64,000 nt of DNA from Iphione sp. A-MEVVRFRX5 (taxonomy: Eukaryota). Below the pieces are notes generated by a model. It had not been told where the DNA came from, searched no databases, and worked only from the letters and a program-made list of their open reading frames with translations. The position numbers were made by a program, and so were the translations under genes. Below, one piece after another: positions 12,374 through 23,552 of the stretch (the stretch's first letter is position 1; each line of letters starts with the position of its first letter). Location of the stretch: NCBI GenBank assembly GCA_976226885.1, contig OZ320313.1, positions 66,774,001-66,838,000 on the forward strand, read 5' to 3'.

Positions 12374-14227
12374 CCCTATATACACGTATGCATACACCCG
12401 TGTACACAGATACATGCGTGTAGGCCTATATCTATCGAAACGAACAGGTAGGATAGATCCTAGAAGAAAAAGATGAAAACAGTGTATTGTTACTATTATA
12501 TTGTAGGCAGCTTCTTCGCAGTGCATAATAAGCTTTTAATATTGTGGAAGATCCGAAGCAATAATCATCAATGCATGTACCACTCTGTCATGTACCATGT
12601 GAGTCGTACTCCGTTAACTACTCTTAGATACTGCACGGGTCTGTTGCTTTTGCTGGCTAGACCCGGTTTACATGTGCCCCGCATTAGTGTTTCCTTCTGG
12701 TTAGGTCGGTAATGATAGGGGGTGCAATGTGTATATGTCCCGTGCCGCCAGAAAAAATAGCTATATTGCCACGGTCGTTTTTTGCAGGATGTTGGAGTAC
12801 ATTCACCACACACCATGGCACATGTTACACTCATACAGTGCAAATGGGGTGTTGTCCAAACGATACTTGCTGAAAGACGTATACTTTTAAGTCGATAATT
12901 GAAACAATATTCGTTTCTTTAGAGTGTTTTTCTTGAAAGGTGTGTATTGAGTGCACAAACCTTATTCTTGTTAGACTGTCTATATATTCGCCATTCAAAG
13001 TGGGCGTGTGGTAGTTGAACTGCATTTGTGTGGGTGCTTGGGCGTACTACTATTATGATTAGTTTCCTGTAGTCGTAAGATTAAAGAGTTTATAACCTAA
13101 TCACAGTTAAGGATTCTCTTTGCTTTATCTCTATGATGCACGTACCAGAATGTAAATTAACGTTAACTGAAAACAGTTTTCATCTCCGGGAAGACCCTGT
13201 TCTGCACTCTAGCAAAGCATCAAGAAAAGCACTTGTGTAAAGCCAGGCACGTGCTAAAAGTCATAGATAAACAAGCCAAACCTCGACACTGGCGGCCAGC
13301 TACTGGCAGCAGGCTACTTTAAATAACATGAACTTTGACCCCACTTCCTGAAGGATCAACTAAATGATACAAGCCTTCCCGCTTTCAAACGTAATAATTA
13401 TCTAAGCATCTTGCTCATCTGCTTCAGAGCAACGCCTTCCAGTGAGCCGGGATAATGTGTCACCATTACATATATACATGATTGCTCACATTTATTTTGA
13501 GCTGTACACAACGGTCTGGATGAATCTATTGATATTCTGCGTGTCTCATAATCCGAGGGTTTCATTGAATGCTGGAATATGCATGTACATGAACAGCATT
13601 TGTAATTTATCATTTATATACAGCTCGTCAATTTAACACGAACTATCAAGTTATATAAATAGCGAACAATACAATTCATATTATGCCTGGAACGGGAGTG
13701 CGAGGAGAAGTAGTAGCCGTCAGACCTTCGTAAATTTCAAAATGGGCATAAAAAAATCATGGCGGTGGTACATCTAACGTACCTAAGACAATGTCTAAGT
13801 TGCTGTAAATATGAAAATAAGTTCAGGCCTGTTAGCAATTTTAGCCATGTTCAAAACAACAAAATGAGATTATGCGACATTAAATCACACCGAAGAGCTA
13901 TTTTCCAGAGAGATCAAAATATGGACATAGCCAGAACTATAGACAGCGTGGATCAGCACAGAGGATCAGTTTTCATCAAGAATTACGACAGCAAAATGGA
14001 CTAGACCTGGCAAGTCCACTGTTCCTCAGAACAAATAACTATCCACATTGAGTGCATAAGAATATGCCTTGTATGTGTGATTCAATAATTCTGTCCGGGT
14101 AATACCTAATCTTAACTCCATGGACCAAAAACAAAAGCACTTTCATGTTTCAACCTTGAAAGAATATTGGATCGGGATAATTTCATTCTATGTCATTTCC
14201 ATGTCCATGGAAAACTACCGCTCTTAA

Positions 14228-14500
14228 TTAATTGGTCCTTCTGAGAAAAACGACTGTGTACTGTTCGGGCTAAGTCTGTCCAATATTACATATTACAACT
14301 ATTCTGGTCTGTTTCCGAATGTCTTCGGTGAACTAACTAATACACCAACGGAAGTCACCGATGAGCGATTAAAGGAGACCTGGTATGGAATTCTGAAGGC
14401 ATTCTGTGGCGAGCCACTGACTGGGCATCAAAGAGATCTGGTATGCAACCACTTTCAATTGCAACGCCTCGCCAGGTTGAAAAGCTTCGCTTTACAGTAA
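14228..14500 (+). pseudogene. Possible THAP-domain relic
   Basis: ATG-less 90-codon open frame: DCVLFGLS...GLFP...ERLKETWYGIL...LVCNHF. Has the first Cys, the Trp and C-x2-H-F, but lacks the second Cys. Confidence 0.25.
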
Positions 14501-14779
14501 TGAGCCAATTAGCTGTTCCCTATCCATACTTCCTACACCGTGTTCTCCGAACGGTTAGTGACAGGATAGTTATGTTGTCCGAAGTAAGAGCATCCCTGAC
14601 AATATGGTAGCTGCCAACCTCATTTGAACAAATTATCACTTCTACCGTGTCCACGTCTATGCAGCAAATGAAAGGACAGCAGGCTGTATGACATGAAAGG
14701 GAGAGACTGGAAAATAGACTAAGTAAACCGTTTTTAACAAGGACAGAACTAAACATGCAGTAGCAGCGACACACAAAGA

Positions 14780-14800
14780 AATATATATATATATATATAT
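14780..14800. repeat. (AT)n microsatellite
   Basis: Directly visible. Confidence 0.9.
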
Positions 14801-15753
14801 TAGCCATATATGAATATATTATAGAGTTTAACTCCTGTACTGAAACATCTAGGAAATACAACCACAAGCACCCTTAAGTTGCCAGAGTTGGCAGCGGTAA
14901 AGAATAGGAGATCCCAGACAGGCACATTTCAGTACGTGTATTGTGATTAGTAATTCACACGCACTACACAGTCACTGAATACCAATGTTTCGGCACCAAT
15001 AATAATGTCGACATCTACATGTGTGAAGTCTCCTTTCTTTCAGCATTACTAACAATGTGGACCCCTTAATATGCTCCAGTCAAGCCCTTATACATTTCCG
15101 ATTTGGTGAAGGCTTAATTTCTTCTATTCCTAGGTATGAAATGTATGTATAATTGCGACTCAATTTGAAAGTCATATGGGGTTCTTAAACATTGATGACA
15201 GACTTGTACATTGTGTAGCCCGTTGCCATTTCTAGTTTATCATCTTGTATAAATTGGAGCACCATGTCAAATATTGCTATCACCATACTAGACAGGACCA
15301 GCAGAATTTAGGGCAAAACTGTCTGACTGATGAGACATCCCAGACTTTCACCAAATGTCCGAAACTGTCTAGTTCCCTACTTTTACATAAAATACATTTT
15401 TGGACTAAAGGCATAACTTGTAAACCGTGAAGATAACCATGATACGAAAACATGGTGAAAGGGATGCTGAGAGAGCTATGAATAAATTCCAAGTTTAACC
15501 CTTTCCTGACCACCCATAGGAATTTCGTTTATATTTGAATGATTTTAGAATAATCCCTGTCCCTAAATTATGGAATAATTAACCTGCTTTCTTTTTAGTC
15601 AAAAATAATGAACATATCATATGCTTCTCCTTTGTAATACAAAAGTTTGTTAAAGACACTGGGTTACCATGGAGAAGCAGTCACATGACCAGTAAAAATC
15701 TGAAAATTCAGCATATTCACATATGTGTAGTTGGCCTCCTTCAGTCTTGTAGA

Positions 15754-18303
15754 CTATGGATTTGCACATTTTTTGCTGTGGCTGTACAGGCCTATTCTTG
15801 ATAGACATGTCCTGTCACACATCCCACAGGTGTGTCCGGGTATCAGAACACGGCTTGGCTCTTTCCTGCGTGATCTCTTTTCTTCTGCTTGTTGTTTAAG
15901 AGTCACTTCGAGTGTCGTAGCTCCTCTGTGCAAGGAGGCTCTCCACTTGGTGCGGTCTTTTGCAAGGTCTTGCCAAGATTGGGGGTTCAAGTTGAAGCCC
16001 TGGAGGTCTTTCTTCACCAGGTCTTTGAAGCGAAGCTTGGGCCGTCCTATTGGTCTGTTTCCTGAGGCCAGTTCCCCAAACAGAATGATCTTGGGAATTC
16101 TGTGATCTTCCATTCTCTGTATGTGTCCCAGCCAACGAAGTCGGCGCTTCTTCAAGATGGTATACATGCTGGTCGACTTTGTTCTTGTGAGAACTTCTTG
16201 GTTTGAGGCTTTGTCGCTCCAGGAAATGCCGAGTATTTTTCTCAAGCAGCGCATATGGAAAGTATTCAGTTTGCGTTCCTGGTGTGAGTATGTTGTCCAA
16301 GTTTCACTACCATAGAGGAGTGAGGTCAAGATGCAAGCATTGTAGACACTGATTTTGGTGTGCATGCCAAGTTTTGGGTTTTCCCATACTCTGGCTTTGA
16401 GTCCTGCTAGGGTACCTGCTGCTTTACCTATCCGTCTATTTATCTCATTGTCTAGCGAAAGGTTGTCGGTGATTGTCGACCCAAGGTATGTAAAGTCATG
16501 CACAACATCCAGTGTGTAGTTGTTGATTTTTATTTCTGGGGTCAGGTTGTTGGTTGTACTTAGAATGTTGGTCTTTTTCAAGCTTATGGTAAGCCCAAAG
16601 TCCTTGCTAGCTCTGGAGAAGTCATTGATGAGTTTTTGTAGATCATCCTCTGTGTGGGTAACAAGAGCAGCGTCATCTGCAAATAGCATGTCTCTCACCA
16701 GGACTCTCTTTATCTTGGTCTTGGCCTTTAATCGACTGGGGTTGAACAGGCTTCCATCTGATCTCGTGTGGAGGTAGACACCTTCTGTTGAGTTGGCAAA
16801 GGCATGTTGGAGTAGAAGGGAGAAGAATATACCAAAGAGTGTTGGGGCAAGGACACAGCCTTGTTTTACCCCGCTATTGATTGCAAAGGGGTCAGAGGTG
16901 CAGCCGTCGTATTGCACTGTGCCCATCATGTTGGTGTGAAAGGACTTAGTGATGTTGAGTAGCTTTGGTGGGCAGCCTATTCTTTGAAGAATTTTAAAGA
17001 GTCCTTCTCTGCTGACTAGATCGAAAGCCTTTGTTAGATCTATGAAGGCTACATAGAGTGGCATCTGCTGTTCCCTGCATTTTTCTTGCAGTTGCCTGAT
17101 GGAGAATACCATGTCCACAGTTGATCTTCCAGAGCGGAACCCACATTGTGACTCTGGGTAAACTCTCTCCGCTAGCTTCTGGAGTCTGGATAGCACGACT
17201 TTTGCAAAGAGCTTTCCAGTGATGCTAAGAAGAGAAATGCCTCGGTAATTGTTGCAGTCGCTACGGTCTCCCTTGTTTTTGTAAAGTGTGATGATGTTTG
17301 CATCACGCATATCTTGTGGTACTTCTCCATTGTTCCAGCACTGGCAGAGAAGGTTGTACAGTGGTGCTAGCAATGTGGTTTTACCACATTTGAAGATTTC
17401 TGGTGGTATGCCATCCTGTCCTGGTGATTTGCCAGTTTCCAGTTTGTCAATTGCTTTTGAGAGGTCTTCCATTGTTGGTAGATCATCGAGTTCCTGCATT
17501 ATGGGTAGTTCTGTGATTGTGTGCAGAGCATGTTCAGCTACGTGGTTCTCACGTTGGTATAGTTCAGAATAATGCTCAACCCAGCGATTTAGTTGATGCG
17601 TTTTGTCATATATTGCCTCCCCAGTGAGTGTTTTCAGAGGGGCAGTTTTTGCTGTCCTTGGTCCAAGAGCCTTTTTTATGCCATCGTACATATTGTGGAT
17701 GTTTCCTGTATCTGCTGCTGTTTGGATGCTTTGGCATAGCTCTAGCCAGTAGTTGTTTGCGCAATGTCTAGATGTTTGCTTGACTTTGTTGCTGATGTTT
17801 CTTAATTGTGATTTAGTTGCAACACTTGGATTTTGCTTGTATGCTAATTCTGCTTTCCTTTTTTCTTCTAAAAGTGGTCCCATGGTTTCCAGGTTGGCTT
17901 CAAACCAGTCGTTTGTAGTTCTGGGCTTCCTTCCAAAGGTGGATAAGGCAGCTTGATGTATGTTGTCTCTTAGCCTGTACCAGTAAGATGGGGTATCACT
18001 GTCTGGCAGGTTGTGGATGGCTTGGCTGAGGCTCTCTTTGAAGGCTGATACTTTCTCAGGATGATTGGTCAAGAAGGTGTTGATGCGACTTTTCCTATCT
18101 GGCTTAGCAAGGTGTAGCTTTTTAGATCTTAGCTTCACTTTAGAGCAGACAAGGGAATGGTCTGTGTTGCAATCTGCACTGTGATAGGTGCGTGTGATGA
18201 GTATGCTCTGCAGGTTAGACCGTCTGGTGATGATTAGGTCCAGTTGGTGCCAGTGCTTTGATCGAGGGTGTCTCCATGATACCTGGCGGATGGCCTTGAT
18301 ATT
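15754..18303 (-). CDS. RTE LINE ORF, RT-containing part (849 aa after the frameshift)
   Basis: VSWRHPRSKHWHQLDLII, YKNKGDRSDCNNYRGISLL, QCGFRSGRSTVDM, IDLTKAFD, GVKQGCVLAPTLF, LFADD, YLGS, CGMCDRTCLSRIGLYSH; no internal stops. Confidence 0.95.
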   Translation of the reverse strand, partial: NIKAIRQVSWRHPRSKHWHQLDLIITRRSNLQSILITRTYHSADCNTDHSLVCSKVKLRSKKLHLAKPDRKSRINTFLTNHPEKVSAFKESLSQAIHNLPDSDTPSYWYRLRDNIHQAALSTFGRKPRTTNDWFEANLETMGPLLEEKRKAELAYKQNPSVATKSQLRNISNKVKQTSRHCANNYWLELCQSIQTAADTGNIHNMYDGIKKALGPRTAKTAPLKTLTGEAIYDKTHQLNRWVEHYSELYQRENHVAEHALHTITELPIMQELDDLPTMEDLSKAIDKLETGKSPGQDGIPPEIFKCGKTTLLAPLYNLLCQCWNNGEVPQDMRDANIITLYKNKGDRSDCNNYRGISLLSITGKLFAKVVLSRLQKLAERVYPESQCGFRSGRSTVDMVFSIRQLQEKCREQQMPLYVAFIDLTKAFDLVSREGLFKILQRIGCPPKLLNITKSFHTNMMGTVQYDGCTSDPFAINSGVKQGCVLAPTLFGIFFSLLLQHAFANSTEGVYLHTRSDGSLFNPSRLKAKTKIKRVLVRDMLFADDAALVTHTEDDLQKLINDFSRASKDFGLTISLKKTNILSTTNNLTPEIKINNYTLDVVHDFTYLGSTITDNLSLDNEINRRIGKAAGTLAGLKARVWENPKLGMHTKISVYNACILTSLLYGSETWTTYSHQERKLNTFHMRCLRKILGISWSDKASNQEVLTRTKSTSMYTILKKRRLRWLGHIQRMEDHRIPKIILFGELASGNRPIGRPKLRFKDLVKKDLQGFNLNPQSWQDLAKDRTKWRASLHRGATTLEVTLKQQAEEKRSRRKEPSRVLIPGHTCGMCDRTCLSRIGLYSHSKKCANP

Positions 18304-19075
18304 AAAAAAATGTGTTTGTGATGCATAAGTTGTGGAAGGTGCAGAGTTCCAATAGGCGCTGACCATTTTCATTTATTTTTCCCACTCCAAAATGTCCTAG
18401 AGTGTTGGGCCATGGGATGTTATCTGACCCCACTCTGGCATTGAAGTCACCTAATATGTAGAGGTGTTCCTTTTCTGGGATACTCATGATGGTGGTGTTC
18501 AACTCATCATAGAAGTAATCTTTTGCATCAGGTGTTGCATTGAGAGTCGGAGCATATGCACAGATGAGATGGATCGTTCCAGTATGGCTGTTAAGTTGGA
18601 GTCCCATAATTCTTTCGGTAGCATTGGGTCTAAGTTGGATGTGTTGCAAGAGGCTGTTCTTCACTGCAAATCCAACACCATGTTCACGTGCTTTGTCCTG
18701 TGATTTTCCTTGCCAGAAAAAGGTATAGTCTCTTTCCTTTAAGGTGCCAGAGTCTGCAAGGCGTGTTTCTTGTAGAGCAGCAATGTCGATGTTCAGTCTG
18801 TACAGTTCACGGTTGATGATGGCTGTTTTTCTAGTGTCACTGATGTTTTTTAAGTTATCTGAGAGACCAGTTGTCATGGTGCGCACATTCCAAGTCGCTA
18901 GTTTTAAGTTGTGTGAGTCTTTTCGTTTGCCTGGTGCAATGGTTCCAGTCTGCTTGTCAGGATGGCTCCTTGAGCTCCACGCACCCAGTGAAGCAGGCGA
19001 ACTGTGGCGGGACAGCACCTTATTGGCCGGGGGCTGCCCAGCTTTGGCAGGCGGTAGCTGTCCAGTAGGGTGCAA
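18302..19075 (-). CDS. RTE LINE ORF, apurinic-like endonuclease part
   Basis: ATWNVRT, IAALQETR, CAYAPT, GDFNARVG, ITNTFF. Begins at TTG rather than ATG and stops at TAA right after a T7 run. Confidence 0.93.
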   Translation of the reverse strand: MHPTGQLPPAKAGQPPANKVLSRHSSPASLGAWSSRSHPDKQTGTIAPGKRKDSHNLKLATWNVRTMTTGLSDNLKNISDTRKTAIINRELYRLNIDIAALQETRLADSGTLKERDYTFFWQGKSQDKAREHGVGFAVKNSLLQHIQLRPNATERIMGLQLNSHTGTIHLICAYAPTLNATPDAKDYFYDELNTTIMSIPEKEHLYILGDFNARVGSDNIPWPNTLGHFGVGKINENGQRLLELCTFHNLCITNTFF

Positions 19076-20764
19076 TGACCCCTCCTACCGACGAATATAA
19101 TTATGTCTTAAAACTTTAAATAACAGATTAATTTTCATTATATCATCTACATATTCCTTTGAAACATTAGAGGGGTTATCCCTATAACTTATCAAAAGTC
19201 TTTAATGAATCATTAGTGGGAACAGTGCTAAAAGTATAATGTATGATGCCCTATAAGCTTCTATATTAGGCATAAAATTAAATGGAATAATTATATAATA
19301 ATTATTAATTATTACATACAGCTTTTATGTAATAAAAAGGCTCCTTTGCTATTTTCTTCCAAGAAAATGATGAAGAAATTCATAGTTTTTTTAGTTTGGC
19401 TAATATTTCACAAATACTCTTTGATAGATTGTCATTAGGTCTATTTTTGATATATCCCATGATGCATCAGTGATGCTGATGCATTGGGTGATGCACTATT
19501 TTTACATGAAACTTGCATACTTACAGGTCATGTCAAAGTGTGTTTCAGATCACATACATAGACAATTTAGGTACCAAAACACTGGAAATCACCTCAAGAA
19601 CACTTTCTTAATTGAACATTTTGTCCTAGGAGCAATATTTTTTCATAATTGCTTTCCAGTAATGTAGATTAGTATAAATTTGATAAGACTTTTCCAAATT
19701 ATACCTTACATTCAGTCTTGTCTTGTTGCCATGGAAACCAAAAAATTTGAATCAAAATGTTTTAAAAATAACATGCAATTCCAGATCTTTCACATGATAT
19801 ATCACACTACAAAGCATCTCTTGTCTTAAACCCTACAACTAAGTATGACAGAAAAAACTACAGTTGCCTATTCCCAAAGCACTATTTTTGTCAGTCAGGA
19901 AGGGGTTAACTGATATGATCAGCTATGAAAGCATCTTTTGTATATACCACTTTTTATCAGTGTATAGCCACATTCTTGGCTATCTGATTATAAGAATTAA
20001 ATACCATGTCCTATAGAGAATTGTTTTCCCTGCAACTATCTTCAACTTTCAACGTATGTACATGTATACCGGTTTTATATATTACCCCTTAATGACCAAG
20101 TAAATCTGTGTTTTGGGAACTGGGACTAGAGGTTGAAGATGAGCTGCCCACCTGTCAGTGGTATACAGATAGAACTGATATCATACCATACATCATTGTA
20201 AACTTTAGGAATTGTACATTGATTTAGCATCAATTTTGTCCCTATAATTCAGTTGCCATGGTAACAGGATAATCCTGAGTCTATGTCTTTTTTTCTGAAA
20301 ATAATGAGAAATTTCCACTTACTGACAATACATGTCAAGAGTTTGAAATATTGGCTTTAGAGAAAACCTTACTATTAATCAAATATTCAGTAAGTGATTT
20401 GCAATCTTTTTATACCTCAGTTTTTATCGTCCATAGTTCAATTACATAGTGTCATGATCTGGCATTTTGTATTATAATTTGCCATTGAACAGCTATCACC
20501 CCAAAAGTGTAACAGCACATGCATCAGCTGCATCACTGATATTGCATCAGCATTCTTGATCTATCATTTCAATTAGATCTAAATGCTCATTAGTCAGTCT
20601 AACTCTTCGTATTTAATTTTGTAGAAAACATAGGCTAATATGTTTCAAGAAATTTGGCTTATAAAATGTGTGTACCTTTTGCAAAGCACTTTGAGACACA
20701 TCTCTTCATATATGTATATGCCTATGGCTAGGGAAGATACAACGGAGACTGGCCTGTTGTAATC

Positions 20765-21231
20765 TATCTAATTGAATAAAAATGAATACAAACTATGACA
20801 GAGTTGCTTAGAATAAAGTGTAAACTCAAATTCTATAGTAGGATTCCAATATAAATTGCAAATCTGTATATTACTTGGACTATACAGGTGGCTGCTTTCA
20901 TCATGATATATATATATGTGTATAGTGCTTAATGTATATGCCAACTCTGATATATGCAAATTATGTAGGTCATACAACCAGGTTTCCAAGGAATATCTTG
21001 AAAATTGTGTGTTTGTGTGTATGTGTGAACGAGACAAACAGACAGACAGACAGAGACAGAGACCAGAACCAGGTGGTGACAGACACCATGAAAGGAACAA
21101 AAGAAGGTACCGGTACGGTGCACAGAAGAGTTTCGTGAATATAACATGAAGGAACGCGTCTAACGAACATACAAACGAGTCATACAAACAGAGGGTCACA
21201 CACAGACAGTATCTGTTTATTCGTAGAGTAG
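20765..21231 (-). mobile_element. Possible non-autonomous Helitron/Helentron-like element with (TCTG)n and (CA)n tracts
   Basis: Minus strand starts CTACTCTACGAATAAA followed by CTGT/TTGT-rich microsatellite blocks, the layout of microsatellite-bearing Helitron-derived repeats; ends not firmly defined. Confidence 0.3.
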
Positions 21232-23532
21232 TTTATGCCATGTCGAAATTCCGAGAAGCCAGTACTGCGTCTAAATGCCCCGCACAGCCGAAGATTAGAT
21301 TTATGGTAGGGATACGTCTCTGCGATTAGGACCTCTAAGTAAGTGCCGAAAAACGGAGACAGCCGCCTAATAAACAGAAGTCATTTCTTTTATATAGAAT
21401 ATTCTCGGCATGGTGACTCGCAAGAGGTTTATGAAGACACGGGCATTGCTTACACAACTCAATGTTTCTCGTGTGATGTATGCAATACGTCCCGGCACGG
21501 GCAGGCTATAGAGTCTGAGGGCAGTCACTCAGAGAGTAATCAGTCTACCTCTTTCTTATTACTGAGACGTTACCCTGGTTACAAGTGACGTCATTACTTT
21601 CTCGTGGAGTGAAACGTCTATTGTCTAATTGGGATCAATTGTTAACCCACATATGAATGCATTATTACTATATGCTCCATCGTGAGATTAATTTTCGTTG
21701 TCACCGTCATGCTCGGTACATCTCCACGCACTCATTACACGAGGGTGCCTGCAATCAGTTCGCGAAGGTATACTGTTGATTTAATGAACATGTCCACTGC
21801 CCTTTCGATGTTTGCACCTTCAAATAACGTAACTCGTTCGTGCTCCACAAATCAGATATGACGTAGTATTTTTCTTTAGCAAATAGCTTTCCTCCTAACA
21901 GTAGCTTTTATTACAAGAGCACGGTTCACGCTTCTGGAAGTATTTTTCTGCTCAAACACTATCCTTAGGCGGCTTCTGTTAACCTTCGCCGACATTCAGT
22001 ACAGCCCATCCTACGTAAGTGACAGCCTTCGTAGCCATCGATCTCCGTCATATCCCACCTGCCGTCCGTCGTACGGTGGAGGAAAAAAAATCTTCAAGCA
22101 ATATTCGAGTTTTAAGTTATAGAACAACCGATAATGTTTTGACACTCCCTCTTCTCTCTAAGGTCACAGGTGTGACCAATGGAAGGAATAAAAGTTGGAT
22201 ATATCACCGGGCTATCAAAGGTGACTTCAGGCCGCCCGAGTGCCTCAGAGAGAAAGACAAACCCCTTGGAATATATCAATGATGTATTTCCACACATAAA
22301 AAATACGGAAACAGGTTGTGCTGGATATTCCACCAATCAGAATTTATTCAGATTTATTCAAGCGGTGCACTTGTTGAATTAATTTGGCGCATTCATAACG
22401 CCAAGGAGCTGCATTTCTTTGTAACCTAAAATAAAACGATTAAATGACATGTAGCCATATGATGTGAAGCGTGAGGGATCCGAAAAATTTTGCCGGTTAA
22501 AAATAAACCCAGGTCCCTGGATTAATCATTAAAGCTGTATGGTCACATTTTAACCGCCCGTCGCTGTGGGGACACAATGTATTTCATCAATTAAATTCGG
22601 AATATCTCACTGATGGATCGGACAGAACCGAGTAGATGCCCTGCTCCATATCTGAACCTATACTTCCCGCTTGTTGGCAGGATTTCATGCCAGTAATGTT
22701 TCCACCAACATGTTATATAAGGTTTTATTAATGGCTGGGTCGAGCTGTTGACAGTATTCTGACAGGGCCATGTCCATTCAAAGCGTTACGTGACACATAC
22801 ATGGCAAATTGCGTCATGGTGTCATTAGAGATTGATCAATCACTCTCGATATCTAGGTGTGTACATAAATGTGTGAGGTTTTCTCTGTGGGGTGCTTTTG
22901 TCAGTATTTATAGTATGCTCGCGTTTGTATGTACTGTCATGTGATCGAGTAGGTACCGAAACAAGTATTTACGAAAAATACACAATAAATCTTACACCTT
23001 TTTGACACTATTCCTCAACAACCTGGTTTTTAATCAATAACGTTACATCAGTGTTTCGACCAACAATTGTTCAGCTGTAAAGTTCTACATTTGGTATCAA
23101 TGCGAAGAAAATAGGATCTGCTAACAAAGTTCCACTTTCGAGATTAAATGTCCGGTTGATTTGATCTTGTTAATTTTCAAGGCTAATGCTCTTTGCCAGT
23201 TTAGAGAAATGTCTTGTCATCCACCATCTGTAGTTAATTAGGGTCTAGTGTTAGTTCCGGCCTCTGAACTCTATTTGCTTCCATGATTACACTGGTTCCA
23301 AAGTAATCAGCTAATCTCGTTGGATTCTTTACCAAACTGGCGGCCTGTTAAAATACATGTATGTACAACCAAATTTAGATGAATGTGCCATATTCATTTC
23401 GCATGGCTTCGTCGTTAGGAATACGTCCTTGCTTTTACTCCACACATCGGTATCTCAGTTACGTTTAAATTACCACCTCTTTCACTCATTGTAATCGGTT
23501 GAAGAAGAGATGGGAATGATAGTATGTTATTG

Positions 23533-23552
23533 ATATATATATATATATATAT
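23533..23552. repeat. (AT)n microsatellite
   Basis: Directly visible. Confidence 0.9.

Larger units (their letters stand above)
15731..19093 (-). mobile_element. RTE-clade (BovB-like) LINE, essentially full coding length
   Basis: APE + RT + C-terminal C2H2 region in two long ORFs separated by one base; short 3' UTR ending GACTGAAGGAGGCCAA; 5' segment CTGGGCAGCCCCCGGCCAATAAGGTGCTGTCCCGCCAC. Confidence 0.96.
15499..19905. mobile_element. Non-autonomous piggyBac-like DNA transposon (about 1 kb of own sequence) carrying an RTE insertion
   Basis: TTAA(15495-98)-CCCTTTCCTGAC ... GTCAGGAAGGGG-TTAA(19906-09): 11/12 TIR match, CCC...GGG termini and TTAA target duplication. Confidence 0.75.

Noticed and set aside
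15731-18728. Plus-strand and alternate-frame ORFs overlapping the RTE (e.g. 15731-16105, 15896-16300, 17288-17572)
   Set aside because: Shadows of the long RTE coding sequence, with no independent motifs.
15700-19120. Target-site duplication around the RTE
   Set aside because: Only partial AT-rich similarity between the flanks; no exact duplication found.
20768-21199. Cluster of overlapping ORFs up to 143 aa
   Set aside because: Produced by stop-poor microsatellite tracts; low-complexity translations.
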